Source: Chthoniobacterales bacterium (lineage in GTDB: Bacteria; Verrucomicrobiota; Verrucomicrobiia; Chthoniobacterales; Chthoniobacteraceae). Taken from it: a stretch of DNA of 64,000 nt. The position numbers were made by a program, and so were the translations under genes. This document shows positions 19,781-29,063 of the stretch, one piece after another. Under the pieces are notes generated by a model. That model ran no database searches, had not been told where the DNA came from, and saw only the letters and a program-made list of their open reading frames with translations. The DNA is taken from positions 1 through 64,000 of the forward strand of contig JBBQZX010000015.1 in the NCBI GenBank assembly GCA_038207335.1, in the 5' to 3' direction. Position 1 is the first letter of the stretch, and each line of letters opens with the position of its first letter.

Positions 19781-22747
19781 ATGTTTCAAAATCCCATCTC
19801 GTTTCTGAGCCGCGCGCTTTTTGCAGCCGCGCTTTTCTCATCGACCTCGCACGCGGCGGACACGCCGGACCGTCCGCTGCACATTCTTTTCATCGGCGAC
19901 GCGAAGCCGGTGAATGCCGGGAACGACCCCGGCACCTACGCTTTTCTGCCAGGACAGACGCTCGCGAAGGAGGCGATTTATTTCGACTACGCGGCGGATG
20001 CGGCGGCCCTGACACCCGCTTATTTACAGCATGTCGACGCCGTGCTGGAGGTCGGACGCGAGATTCCTGCGGAGCAGAAAAAGGCGCTCGATGCCTTTGC
20101 TGCAGCGGGGCATGGCGTGAAAATGCTGCCGGCGACCGCGCGTGCCGACGACGCGCAACTTCGCGTCGCAGCACTCGATGCGGTCGGCCAAAAAGCGCGC
20201 ACGGAATGGGAGGCGTTCATCCGCGGGCGCGCGCCGCTGACCTACCAATCAAGCCCGGATGTGGCTAATTACGAGAGGCGCCCAGCAGCGCTGCCGGTGC
20301 AGCAGGCGCTGCCCGCGCTGGAGTCGATGAAATACACGCAAGTGCCCGCGGACTTCGATCTGAAGCTCTTCGCGAGCGATCCCGATATTTTCAAACCGAT
20401 CGCGATGGCGTGGGACGAGCGCGGGCGGCTGTGGATCGCGGAGACGCGCGACTACCCAAATGAAGTGCGGCCCGCGGGACAAGGCGACGACGACATTAAA
20501 ATCTGCGAGGACACGGATGGCGACGGGCGCGCGGACAAGTTCACAGTCTTCGCGGATCATCTGAATATTCCAACTTCGCTGACCTTTGTGAATGGCGGGG
20601 TGATGGTCGCGCAGGCGCCGGATTTTCTCTTTTTGAAGGACACGAATGGCGACGACAAGGCGGACGTGCGGCAGGTGATTTTCCACGATGCGTGGGGCGT
20701 CAACGACACGCACGCGGGGCCGTCGAATTTGCACTACGGCTTCGACAACTGGCTCTACGGGAGCGTCGGCTACGCGGGGTTTGCGTCGAAAAGCGGGCCC
20801 GTGAATTCGTTTCGGCAGGGGCTGTTTCGCTTCCGTCCAGATGGGTCGGCGATCGAGTTTCTCGCGCAATTTTCCAACAACACCTGGGGCTTCGGATACA
20901 ACGACGCGGGCGACATTTTCGGCAGCACGGCGAACAACGCGCCGAGCTTTTTCAATGGCCTGCCGCAGTCGGATTTTCCTCCCGGTGTGCGGCTGATGTC
21001 GGCGAAGCGGATCAACACGTTCGACAAGATTCATCCGAACACCGCGAACATCCGGCAGGTCGATGTCATGGGCGGCTTCACCGCGGCTGCCGGGCACATG
21101 TTCATGAACAGCGGCGCGCTGCCGGAGCGGCTGCGCGGCAAGGCCCTGGTCGCAGAGCCAACGTGCAAATTGCTGAGCATCTTCGACGTGCAGCGCGACG
21201 GCGCGGGATTCAAGTCGAACGACGGCGGGAACCTCGTGGCGAGCACGGACGAGTGCATGTCGCCGGTCGCGGCGGAGGTCGGGCCGGACGGCGCGGTGTG
21301 GGTCGCGGATTGGTATAATTTCATCATCCAGCACAATCCGACGCCGTCGCCGGAGCGCGGCGGTTACAAGGCCGAGACGGGCAAGGGCGGCGCGCACATC
21401 AATCCGAACCGCGACACCGTTCACGGCCGCATCTACCGCGTCGTATGGAAAGATGGCACCGCCTCGCAAATCAAGAGCCTGAGCGGTGCGCCGGTCGGCG
21501 ACCTCGTGAAATCACTCGCGAGCGACAACCAATTCTGGCGGCTCACCGCGCAGAGGCTTTTGGTGGATCGGAAGAAGAAAGAAGCCGTGCCCGCGCTCAC
21601 CGCGATGGCCACAAAAGGCAGCGACGTGGGCGCGATTCACGCGCTCTGGACGCTGAGCGGAATCGGCGCGCTCGACGCCGCAACGCACCGCGCGGCGCTG
21701 CTTTCCAAAGACCCGGAAATCCGCCGCAACGCCATCCGCGCCCTCGGCACGGACGAAGCTGCGCGGCAGCTCTATTTCAGCACGAGCGTGCTGCACGACG
21801 CCGACCTCACGACGCGGCTCGCCGCATTTGTGAAGCTCGCGGAATTTCCCACGAGCCCGGAGATCAAGACGCTTGTCTCGAAGCTCAGCACCGATGCGCA
21901 GAACAAGAGCGACGAATGGCTCGCCGAAGGCATCAACCTGCTCGCGAAAAAGCACGGCGTAGAGAGCTTTCGCGAGGGGCCAAATCTTCTCCCGAACCCC
22001 GGCTTCGAGACGACCGGCCCCGACGGTCTGCCGCAAGGCTGGGCGCGCCGCGACTACGGAAACCGCGACGCAAACAAGACAGGCAAATGGGAATCCGTCT
22101 CCGGCGCGGGCGACACCCACAGCGGCCTCCGCGCCCTGCGTTGCATCACGTATGGCGACGCCGACACCAGCATGCACGCCGACGTGACGCTCAAACCGCA
22201 CACGCGCTACAAGCTCGCCGCCTGGATCAAGACCCACGCGCTGCGTGGAAAAGCGAGCCTCAACGACCACATCGGCCGCGCCGAAACCGGCAAGCTCACC
22301 GCCGCCGACAGCCCGTGGACCGAAGTCGAGACGACCTTCGACAGCGGCGACCGCACGACCGCGAGCATCAATATCCTTCACGTCGCAAAGGGCGACAGCT
22401 ACTTCGACGACGTGCGCCTCTGCGAGCTGATGCCCGCGGATGCCGCAAACGCCGTCACCATCGGCGACCCGGCACGCGGCGACGCGATCTTCCACACGCA
22501 TCCCCTCGCGATCTGCATCACCTGCCACGCCGTTGGCGGGAAAGGCGGCAACGTCGGCCCCGCGCTCGACGGCATCGCCAGCCGCAAAGACGAGGCTTAC
22601 ATCACCGAGAGCCTTCTTGAGCCAAATGCGAAACTCGCCGAGGGATTTCAAGGCCAGGTCTCGCCCATGCCGCCGATGGGTTTGATTTTGAAAGACCAAG
22701 AACTCGCCGACGTGAAGGCTTACCTCCTCACGCTGAAGGCGAAATAG
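19781..22747 (+). CDS. PVC-type membrane-bound dehydrogenase-like beta-propeller / HEAT / carbohydrate-binding / cytochrome c protein
   Basis: PIAMAWDERGRLW, EDTDGDGRAD and VADWYN, HEAT-like helices, an NLLPNPGFE...YFDDV CBM-like domain, and C-terminal CITCH. Confidence 0.85.
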   Translation: MFQNPISFLSRALFAAALFSSTSHAADTPDRPLHILFIGDAKPVNAGNDPGTYAFLPGQTLAKEAIYFDYAADAAALTPAYLQHVDAVLEVGREIPAEQKKALDAFAAAGHGVKMLPATARADDAQLRVAALDAVGQKARTEWEAFIRGRAPLTYQSSPDVANYERRPAALPVQQALPALESMKYTQVPADFDLKLFASDPDIFKPIAMAWDERGRLWIAETRDYPNEVRPAGQGDDDIKICEDTDGDGRADKFTVFADHLNIPTSLTFVNGGVMVAQAPDFLFLKDTNGDDKADVRQVIFHDAWGVNDTHAGPSNLHYGFDNWLYGSVGYAGFASKSGPVNSFRQGLFRFRPDGSAIEFLAQFSNNTWGFGYNDAGDIFGSTANNAPSFFNGLPQSDFPPGVRLMSAKRINTFDKIHPNTANIRQVDVMGGFTAAAGHMFMNSGALPERLRGKALVAEPTCKLLSIFDVQRDGAGFKSNDGGNLVASTDECMSPVAAEVGPDGAVWVADWYNFIIQHNPTPSPERGGYKAETGKGGAHINPNRDTVHGRIYRVVWKDGTASQIKSLSGAPVGDLVKSLASDNQFWRLTAQRLLVDRKKKEAVPALTAMATKGSDVGAIHALWTLSGIGALDAATHRAALLSKDPEIRRNAIRALGTDEAARQLYFSTSVLHDADLTTRLAAFVKLAEFPTSPEIKTLVSKLSTDAQNKSDEWLAEGINLLAKKHGVESFREGPNLLPNPGFETTGPDGLPQGWARRDYGNRDANKTGKWESVSGAGDTHSGLRALRCITYGDADTSMHADVTLKPHTRYKLAAWIKTHALRGKASLNDHIGRAETGKLTAADSPWTEVETTFDSGDRTTASINILHVAKGDSYFDDVRLCELMPADAANAVTIGDPARGDAIFHTHPLAICITCHAVGGKGGNVGPALDGIASRKDEAYITESLLEPNAKLAEGFQGQVSPMPPMGLILKDQELADVKAYLLTLKAK

Positions 22748-22813
22748 TCGCGCAGGGCACGGCATCTGCGTATTCAATATTGACACCTGTCCCTACACCT
22801 CACGATTTCACTG

Positions 22814-23236
22814 ATGACCGCCGTTTCCGCGCCTTCCGAGTCCCTTGAATCCAACGAACTCGATATCAAAAGCATCCTGCTTCTCGATGACGATGAAGAT
22901 CTCGCCGACGCGCTAAAGGCGCTGCTGGAGTCTCGGAATTTTGTCGTCACGACCGTAGGCAACGGTGCCGCGGGACTGCGCGAAGTCATGTCATTCGATT
23001 TCGATGTAATCGTTTGCGACATGATGATGCCGCACATGCCGGGCGATATGTTTTTCCTCGCTGTGCAAAAGGTGAAACCAGAAATGGCAAAGCGCTTCGT
23101 TTTCATCACGGGCGAGACCGGCAATGGCAAGGTGACCGATTTTCTGAATCGCATCGACGCGATGGTGCTCTACAAGCCCGTTGCGATGGATGATCTGATC
23201 CGCAATATCTCGCTGGTGCTCAGCAAGGCGGGGTGA
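22814..23236 (+). CDS. Single-domain response regulator receiver
   Basis: ILLLDDD, CDMMMP, FITG and LYKP. Confidence 0.9.
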   Translation: MTAVSAPSESLESNELDIKSILLLDDDEDLADALKALLESRNFVVTTVGNGAAGLREVMSFDFDVIVCDMMMPHMPGDMFFLAVQKVKPEMAKRFVFITGETGNGKVTDFLNRIDAMVLYKPVAMDDLIRNISLVLSKAG

Positions 23237-23467
23237 TGGCGTGAATTGCCTGTCCAGCGACGCCAAACTTTCACTTGTGCAATCGGCGAAACGGCGCACA
23301 GTCCGCGCTCGATTGTTCAGTTTTCAGCGCGGTAGATCGTCAGTTGAGGTTCCCCTCTTCGGTGATTTGAAACCCGATTCCCGGGAACGGCTCCAGACCC
23401 GGACACTCGATTGCCCGACCCGGCATGTGTCCGCTTTATTTGAGGACAACTGCCCCTGACCCGATTT

Positions 23468-23683
23468 ATGGCCGAAGTTGCGATTGAAACCGAAGGGAAA
23501 ATTCTCGCTGTGCTCGCAGGAACGATGTTCCGCGTCGAGCTAGCGAACAAGCACGTCGTGCTCGCGCACATCTCTGGCAAGATGCGCAAACGCTTCATCC
23601 GCCTCACCACAGGCGACCGCGTGAAGCTCGAAATGTCCCCCTACGATCTCGACAAAGCCCGCATCGTTTACCGGCTCGGATAG
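23468..23683 (+). CDS. infA: Translation initiation factor IF-1
   Basis: [25 protein letters not shown]...[13 protein letters not shown]. Confidence 0.97.
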   Translation: MAEVAIETEGKILAVLAGTMFRVELANKHVVLAHISGKMRKRFIRLTTGDRVKLEMSPYDLDKARIVYRLG

Positions 23684-23718
23684 CCGAGGCGTGGAGTTGC
23701 CTGGCTATCTCGCTGTGA

Positions 23719-24555
23719 CTACCGGCGGGCGAGGATGATTCGGCACTTCGCCGCGTCAATTGTGACGACAAAGCGGGAGAGCAGTCCGTTGCCCAACAGG
23801 CCGGATTCGCCAGCGAATATCGGCGTGGTATGAAGGCCAACTTTCACGTCGGAAAAATGTTCGCTCCCAAGAGTCACGTCGGCACGGAATACCCGCGGGG
23901 AACCAACGCCGGCCGCGACGGATGTGCGGGCGGGTTTCCTTGCGCCGTACTCGCTTGCGACCCACTCGAGCGCGGAGTTGCAGCCGGTATCCACGCGCAT
24001 CCATCCCGGCGCGCCCCCATCGACGCCGACACGGACGCAGAGACCGTCGTTGCGCCTTGCCAGCGGTAGCGTCTGACCGGATTGAGCGGAAAATTCCGCG
24101 CGGCTCAAGAGACGAAGTTTGCCGACGGCATAGTCGATTTGGACGATCCGACCGCAGAAGAAATCGGCTCCGAGCAAACCGTCGATGCGGACCCCGCAAC
24201 TCCGGCTAACGGGCCCTAGATCTAGCGCAAGCATCGAATACGCGACGGGAACGCCGCCGACCATCGCTGATATTTCGTCCACACGATACGCCGTGCAAAC
24301 TCCCTGAACGCCTTGCACCGTTTCGCGCCGACCGAGTTTCAAACCGGCCCGACGAGCAGCCGATAAATCCAGCACCGTAGCGCCGGCCCCCGAATCGAGC
24401 AGGAAATTCAACAGCTCGGTATGTCCCGCGAAAGCCACCTTCAGCCAGACCATCCCGGCTCGATTGCCGATGGGAATTTCAGTCGCTGCCTCACCCGCGT
24501 GGGCAAGGAACAACAGCACGAAGGCAACGAAGGAAAATCGAGCGAGGCGGCGCAC
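23719..24555 (-). CDS. Secreted two-domain retropepsin-like aspartyl protease
   Basis: Signal peptide. FLLDSGA...DGLLGADF and RVDTG...GLLGNGLL. Confidence 0.85.
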   Translation of the reverse strand: MRRLARFSFVAFVLLFLAHAGEAATEIPIGNRAGMVWLKVAFAGHTELLNFLLDSGAGATVLDLSAARRAGLKLGRRETVQGVQGVCTAYRVDEISAMVGGVPVAYSMLALDLGPVSRSCGVRIDGLLGADFFCGRIVQIDYAVGKLRLLSRAEFSAQSGQTLPLARRNDGLCVRVGVDGGAPGWMRVDTGCNSALEWVASEYGARKPARTSVAAGVGSPRVFRADVTLGSEHFSDVKVGLHTTPIFAGESGLLGNGLLSRFVVTIDAAKCRIILARR

Positions 24556-24773
24556 ACCGCGCCGAAAGCAATTGCCATGCTTTCACCCAGCAGAAGTCGC
24601 TTTTACTCTGGAATTTTCGCTCCGGAACCCCCGCCGAACTCCACACCGCTGCGCAAAGTGCGCCAGCGGTGTGTAAGTTTAACCAGCGAGCAAAACGGGC
24701 TTGGTCACCGTTTGCTGAGACTAGCAATGGGCGACTCGCTCCGCGACCTCACATCAATGAGGAGCGATTACGA

Positions 24774-25043
24774 TCAGTCCCTGCGGTAGATGAAATTCTG
24801 ATGTCCGTGATGATTTGAGATGCGGACGAGTTTCACGTCGCCGGATTCGCGGGCTTCTTCGCGCCGTCCGACGCCCGTGCCGTCGCTGTAAACGGCGACG
24901 GTGATGGCTGCTTGGTCGCGTTGAGCGTCGCGCTGCTGCATGGCGAGGCGGTTTTGCAGTTGCTGATCGTCTGCAAACGCAGCGCTGGTTCCGAGAGCCG
25001 CAATGCTCGCGACGATGAGGGAGAGTTTAGTGACTGTTTTCAT
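24774..25043 (-). CDS. Small secreted hypothetical protein
   Basis: Sec signal MKTVTKLSLIVASIAALGTSAAFA-D and C-terminal NHHGH. Confidence 0.7.
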   Translation of the reverse strand: MKTVTKLSLIVASIAALGTSAAFADDQQLQNRLAMQQRDAQRDQAAITVAVYSDGTGVGRREEARESGDVKLVRISNHHGHQNFIYRRD

Positions 25044-25088
25044 TGTTGTTCTTTCATTTTGCGCGATGGAGGAATTCCGTCGCTGAAA

Positions 25089-25118
25089 GGTTAAACGCCG
25101 TGCGCATTCCAAACCCTC
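25089..25118 (-). promoter_or_regulatory. Putative ECF-sigma promoter (leftward)
   Basis: Minus strand gagggtttgg-aatgcgcacg-gcgtttaacc; twin of the rightward site. Confidence 0.6.
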
Positions 25119-25152
25119 ACGGTTTTTTCAGCCGCGATTTTCAAGTTGTCGC

Positions 25153-25182
25153 GAGGGTTTGGTCACGCGCCGGTGTTGTATG
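25153..25182 (+). promoter_or_regulatory. Putative ECF-sigma promoter (rightward, probably leaderless mRNA)
   Basis: gagggtttgg-tcacgcgccg-gtgttgtatg, with ATG at 25187. Confidence 0.6.
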
Positions 25183-25186
25183 TAGC

Positions 25187-25513
25187 ATGAAAGATTTCGA
25201 ATCAGACGAGTTGGATGCGAAGCTGCGTGCTTGGAAAGTCGAGCCTCAGGTGCCTGTTTCGTTTCAACGCGAGGTCTGGCAGTGCATTGCGGCGCGGCAG
25301 GCGGCGCGCGACGAAGCGTTGTGGCCACAATTGATGCAGCGGCTTTTCACACAAATCGCGCGTCCGCGATATGCGACATCGTTGATCGCGATCAGCCTTT
25401 CGATCAGCCTCGGAGTCGCGCACGTTCATGCGCAAGACACCAAGGCGCGGATGGCGAAGCTACTGGAGTCACGATACGCCGCGTCGATTGATCCGCTGGC
25501 GATGTCTCGCTAA
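25187..25513 (+). CDS. Putative anti-sigma-like single-TM protein
   Basis: LDAKLRAW...FQREVWQCI, one TM, YAASIDP. First gene of the metal operon. Confidence 0.6.
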   Translation: MKDFESDELDAKLRAWKVEPQVPVSFQREVWQCIAARQAARDEALWPQLMQRLFTQIARPRYATSLIAISLSISLGVAHVHAQDTKARMAKLLESRYAASIDPLAMSR

Positions 25514-25528
25514 CCACGATTTTTCGCG

Positions 25529-26005
25529 ATGAAGAAGGGCCTGCTCATTCTGCTCCTAGTCGCGGGCACGGGCATCTCAACTTATTGCATCTACTACCAC
25601 TACGCGACGGCTCCGGTAATGACGATGGTGACGCAACTTGGCGGCGAGATGGAGTGGCTGCGGCGCGAGTATCATCTTAGCGATTCGCAGTATGTTCGCA
25701 TCCAGGCGATTCATCGAGATTACGCGCTGAAGTGCGACCTCATGTGTGGCAAAATCGGCATAGCAAATGCACACCTCGACCAACTCCTCCTCGCCAACAA
25801 AACCTACACACCGGAAGTGGCTGCAGGCATGAAGGAGTGCATGTCTGTGCAAGGCGAATGCCGCCAAGCCTTGCTCACCCACATCTATGCAGTCAGCGCG
25901 GAAATGTCGCCGGCAGCTGGCGCGCGTTATATCACCATGATGAAGGCGCGGATCATTGAGCCGGCGGTTGGCCGCGAGGTTGTTACTTCGGAGTCGTCAA
26001 AGTGA
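25529..26005 (+). CDS. Periplasmic heavy-metal sensor (CnrX/ZraP/CpxP-like)
   Basis: N-terminal anchor, WLRREYHLSDSQ, CDLMC, CMSVQGEC and H..EMSP...RY. Confidence 0.75.
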   Translation: MKKGLLILLLVAGTGISTYCIYYHYATAPVMTMVTQLGGEMEWLRREYHLSDSQYVRIQAIHRDYALKCDLMCGKIGIANAHLDQLLLANKTYTPEVAAGMKECMSVQGECRQALLTHIYAVSAEMSPAAGARYITMMKARIIEPAVGREVVTSESSK

Positions 26006-26388
26006 ACGGTTCGGCCCATCTTCCAAACCACATGCCTGCTCGGCTCTCCACGGTCATCTTGCTTGTCCTGAGTTTGCTCTTCGGAGCCCATTCTCAGAGC
26101 GCGCCACTCCCTTCGAAGCCGACGATGCCCGGATGCGCTGCGATGAAGTGCATGCGCGGCTGCTGCCCCAGCACGGTGTGTTGCGAAGTAAACGAGCGGA
26201 CTACCCCGCAAAAGTTGCCGATGTCGGCACACCAGCGCGACGGGCAGACGCTCGCGGCCATAGCGCACATTCTTACTTCGTGTCTCTACTTCCTGCCTCC
26301 AGTCGAGACAAAGGTCTCGCTGGCGCGGAAGGTTGCCGTGCCGCACGCGCGGGCGCGGCTGGCAGTGAGTTGCATCCAGTTGATCTGA
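26002..26388 (+). CDS. Cys-rich small hypothetical protein
   Basis: Hydrophobic N-terminus, CAAMKCMRGCCPSTVCC, ends SCIQLI. Start may be ATG 26032. Confidence 0.6.
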   Translation: MNGSAHLPNHMPARLSTVILLVLSLLFGAHSQSAPLPSKPTMPGCAAMKCMRGCCPSTVCCEVNERTTPQKLPMSAHQRDGQTLAAIAHILTSCLYFLPPVETKVSLARKVAVPHARARLAVSCIQLI

Positions 26389-26457
26389 GCCACCGGTCTC
26401 CACAGGCGAAGTGTGCCTTGCGCACATCCTCCCCCGTCGAAATCCACGCTCAGACTC

Positions 26458-27759
26458 ATGAAGCTATCACTCACTCTCCTTTGCACATTTTCCATCCTAG
26501 TCGCCGTCCGCGCTGAATCACCGTCAGAGCGTGGCAGCACCGCTGCGCTTTCTCTGAAAGAGATCACCCGCACGGCGCTCGCTCAAAATCCTTCCATCAA
26601 GGCCGTCCGCGCCAAGTGGGAAATGATGAAGGCGCGCATCCCGCAGGCGGCCGCGTGGGAAGATCCGACTGTAGGCGTGGACTTCGAGCGCAGCGACACC
26701 ACGCGGCTCAATACCTACAGCGATGCGGAGTGGATGGTGATGCAGAAGATCCCGATTGGTGGGAAAAATCGCAGCATGGCTCGCGCAGCCAGTGCGGAGG
26801 CGCTTGGCACCTTGGAAGAACTGCGCCGCCAACAGCTCGATGTCATCTCGAAAGCGCGCACGGCTTACTTCCGACTGGTCAATGCGGGAGCGCAACTCGA
26901 AGTCAATCGGCGCAACGAAACGCTGGTCGGGCAATTCCTCGACATTAGCCGGGCGAAATACGAAGTCGGCACGCAGACGCAGGCCAACGTTCTCATCGCC
27001 GAAACCGATCTCGTTCGCCTAGTCGAGAACCGCAGAGATTTGGAGCGCGACCTATCGGACGCGCAATCGGCACTCAACGTGGTGATGAATCGCCCAGCGC
27101 GTTCGGCGCTTGGACGGCCGGTGGATTTCATCGCGAAGCACGGGGACTTCTCGCCACGCGAGATCGAGTGGAAGGCATTGCGATATCGACCGGAACTCCA
27201 ATTCGCCGAACAAAAGATCGCGGCCGAACAGCAGAAGGTCGAAGCGGCAAAGCGCGAGTGGATTCCCGAACCGCAACTGCGGATCGAAGCGCGTCATTTC
27301 AAAAGCGGCAGCCAGTCTTTCCGGGAATACGACACCGGCATCTTTTTCAGTATCCCGTGGGGCAACGCGCGCAAGTATGCGGCGAAGGAGCGTGAGGCGC
27401 GGAGCAGCGTAGAGATGGCGTCTCAGGATCTGGAAATGGCGCGCACAGAGACGCTCGGCCTGGTGCGCGACGCGCTCAAAAAGGTCGAGACCTTCCATCA
27501 CCATATCGAGCTGTTTCGCGACCGGTTGCTGCCGACGGCGCGACAGACGGTCGAGGCGAGCCAGGCGGGCTACGAGTCGGACAAGACCGGCTTTCTCGAC
27601 CTCATCACCGCGCACCGAAGCCTGCGCGACATCGAATCCACTTACTACCTGCACCTGGCCGAATACCACATCGCACTCGCGGAACTCGAAGCGGTCGTCG
27701 GCACAGACCTGCACATCTTCCCCGCAGCGGAAATCACCACTTCCCGGAGCTTCAAATGA
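26458..27759 (+). CDS. TolC-family outer membrane efflux protein (CusC-like)
   Basis: Two OEP repeats: ALAQNPSI and ALRYRPEL. Precedes the MFP and RND genes. Confidence 0.9.
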   Translation: MKLSLTLLCTFSILVAVRAESPSERGSTAALSLKEITRTALAQNPSIKAVRAKWEMMKARIPQAAAWEDPTVGVDFERSDTTRLNTYSDAEWMVMQKIPIGGKNRSMARAASAEALGTLEELRRQQLDVISKARTAYFRLVNAGAQLEVNRRNETLVGQFLDISRAKYEVGTQTQANVLIAETDLVRLVENRRDLERDLSDAQSALNVVMNRPARSALGRPVDFIAKHGDFSPREIEWKALRYRPELQFAEQKIAAEQQKVEAAKREWIPEPQLRIEARHFKSGSQSFREYDTGIFFSIPWGNARKYAAKEREARSSVEMASQDLEMARTETLGLVRDALKKVETFHHHIELFRDRLLPTARQTVEASQAGYESDKTGFLDLITAHRSLRDIESTYYLHLAEYHIALAELEAVVGTDLHIFPAAEITTSRSFK

Positions 27760-29063
27760 ACAGTACACTTTTCATGCGTTGGGGGCGTCTCGTGGCCCTG
27801 CTTCTCCCACTGATCGCGACGGTTGGTTGCAAGGAAGGGATGAGAAAGCCCGATCCCAACGTCGATTACTACACCTGCGCGATGCACCCATCCGTGAAAT
27901 CGCACAAGCCCGACGACAAGTGCCCGATCTGCTCAATGGACCTTGTGCCGGTGATGAAAAAAGGCGCTGCCGGAGAGGCCCCACCTCAGCACGACCACGG
28001 CGGGATGGCAGCAGCGTCCGAGGGATCTGGATTGAGCGAGTTTAGCGTTCCCGTCGAACGGCAGCAGCAAATCGGCGTGCGCTACGCCGAGGCCAGACGC
28101 CAACCGCTGCATCACACGATTCGCTCGGTGGGCTCCATCGTCCCCGATCGGTCAAAGCATTGGGAGTTCGCCGCGCGAGTCGAAGGCTATGTTCAGAAAC
28201 TCTATGTAACGTCGCCGGGAGAGTTGGTGGAAGAAAACCAGCCATTACTCACCATCTACAGCCCTGACTTACTCACCACCTCGCGCGAGTTCGTGAACTT
28301 GCTCGAAACGCGCGACCGCGCGGTCTCACCTGAAGCACGGCGCAGCACCGAGCGCCTCATCGAATCAGGGCGGCTTCGGCTCGGCCAATGGAACGTCACT
28401 GACAAGCAAATTGCCGAACTGGAAAAGTCGCGGAAGCCATCCGAGTTCCTCACCCTTTACTCACCCTTCAAAGGCGTCGTGGAAGACGTGCCGGTCGATC
28501 AAGGTCGCAAAGTCATGATCGGCGATCATCTCGTGGATGTAGCCGACCTGTCGGTCGTCTGGGTGTGGGCGGAGTTCTACGAAAATGAACTGCCGATGCT
28601 GCGCAAAGGTCTGAAGGTCACGATCACTTCCGACTCCTATCCCGGCGAGACCTTCGACGGCGAACTCGCGCTCATCGATCCGTTCCTAAACATGCAAATG
28701 CGCATCGGCAAGGCGCGCATTGATATCAAGAATCCCGAGCTAAAGCTCCAGCCCGGGATGTATGTGAACATCGCGCTCGGCATGGACATGGGCGAAGGGC
28801 TCACCATTCCCGCCAGCGCCATCATGCCCACGGGTTCGCGCAGCCTTGTTTTTGTGGACAAAGGCGAGGGCAAGCTGGAGCCGCGCTACGTCCAGCTCGG
28901 TCGGAAGTTTGGCGACATCTTTGAAGTGCGTGACGGGCTAAAGGACGGTGAGCGAGTGGTGACGAGCGCAAACTTCCTCATCGACGCGGAGAGCAAAGTG
29001 CAAGGCGCGGTGAAAGCATTTGACGAGCCTGAAAAGGCGAAGCCGGAGATGAGACATGAGTGA
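27756..29063 (+). CDS. cusB: RND periplasmic adaptor, CusB-like, with heavy-metal-binding domain
   Basis: YYTCAMHP...CPICSMDLVP, IYSPDL, LQPGMYV and ANFLIDAES. Confidence 0.88.
   Translation: MNSTLFMRWGRLVALLLPLIATVGCKEGMRKPDPNVDYYTCAMHPSVKSHKPDDKCPICSMDLVPVMKKGAAGEAPPQHDHGGMAAASEGSGLSEFSVPVERQQQIGVRYAEARRQPLHHTIRSVGSIVPDRSKHWEFAARVEGYVQKLYVTSPGELVEENQPLLTIYSPDLLTTSREFVNLLETRDRAVSPEARRSTERLIESGRLRLGQWNVTDKQIAELEKSRKPSEFLTLYSPFKGVVEDVPVDQGRKVMIGDHLVDVADLSVVWVWAEFYENELPMLRKGLKVTITSDSYPGETFDGELALIDPFLNMQMRIGKARIDIKNPELKLQPGMYVNIALGMDMGEGLTIPASAIMPTGSRSLVFVDKGEGKLEPRYVQLGRKFGDIFEVRDGLKDGERVVTSANFLIDAESKVQGAVKAFDEPEKAKPEMRHE

Noticed and set aside
22780..22808. TTGACA promoter for the response regulator
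   Set aside because: No convincing -10 at 16-18 nt spacing.
24603..24632. Third copy of the ECF promoter upstream of the aspartyl protease
   Set aside because: Minus-strand gggggtt resembles the -35, but there is no GYGTT at the matching spacing.
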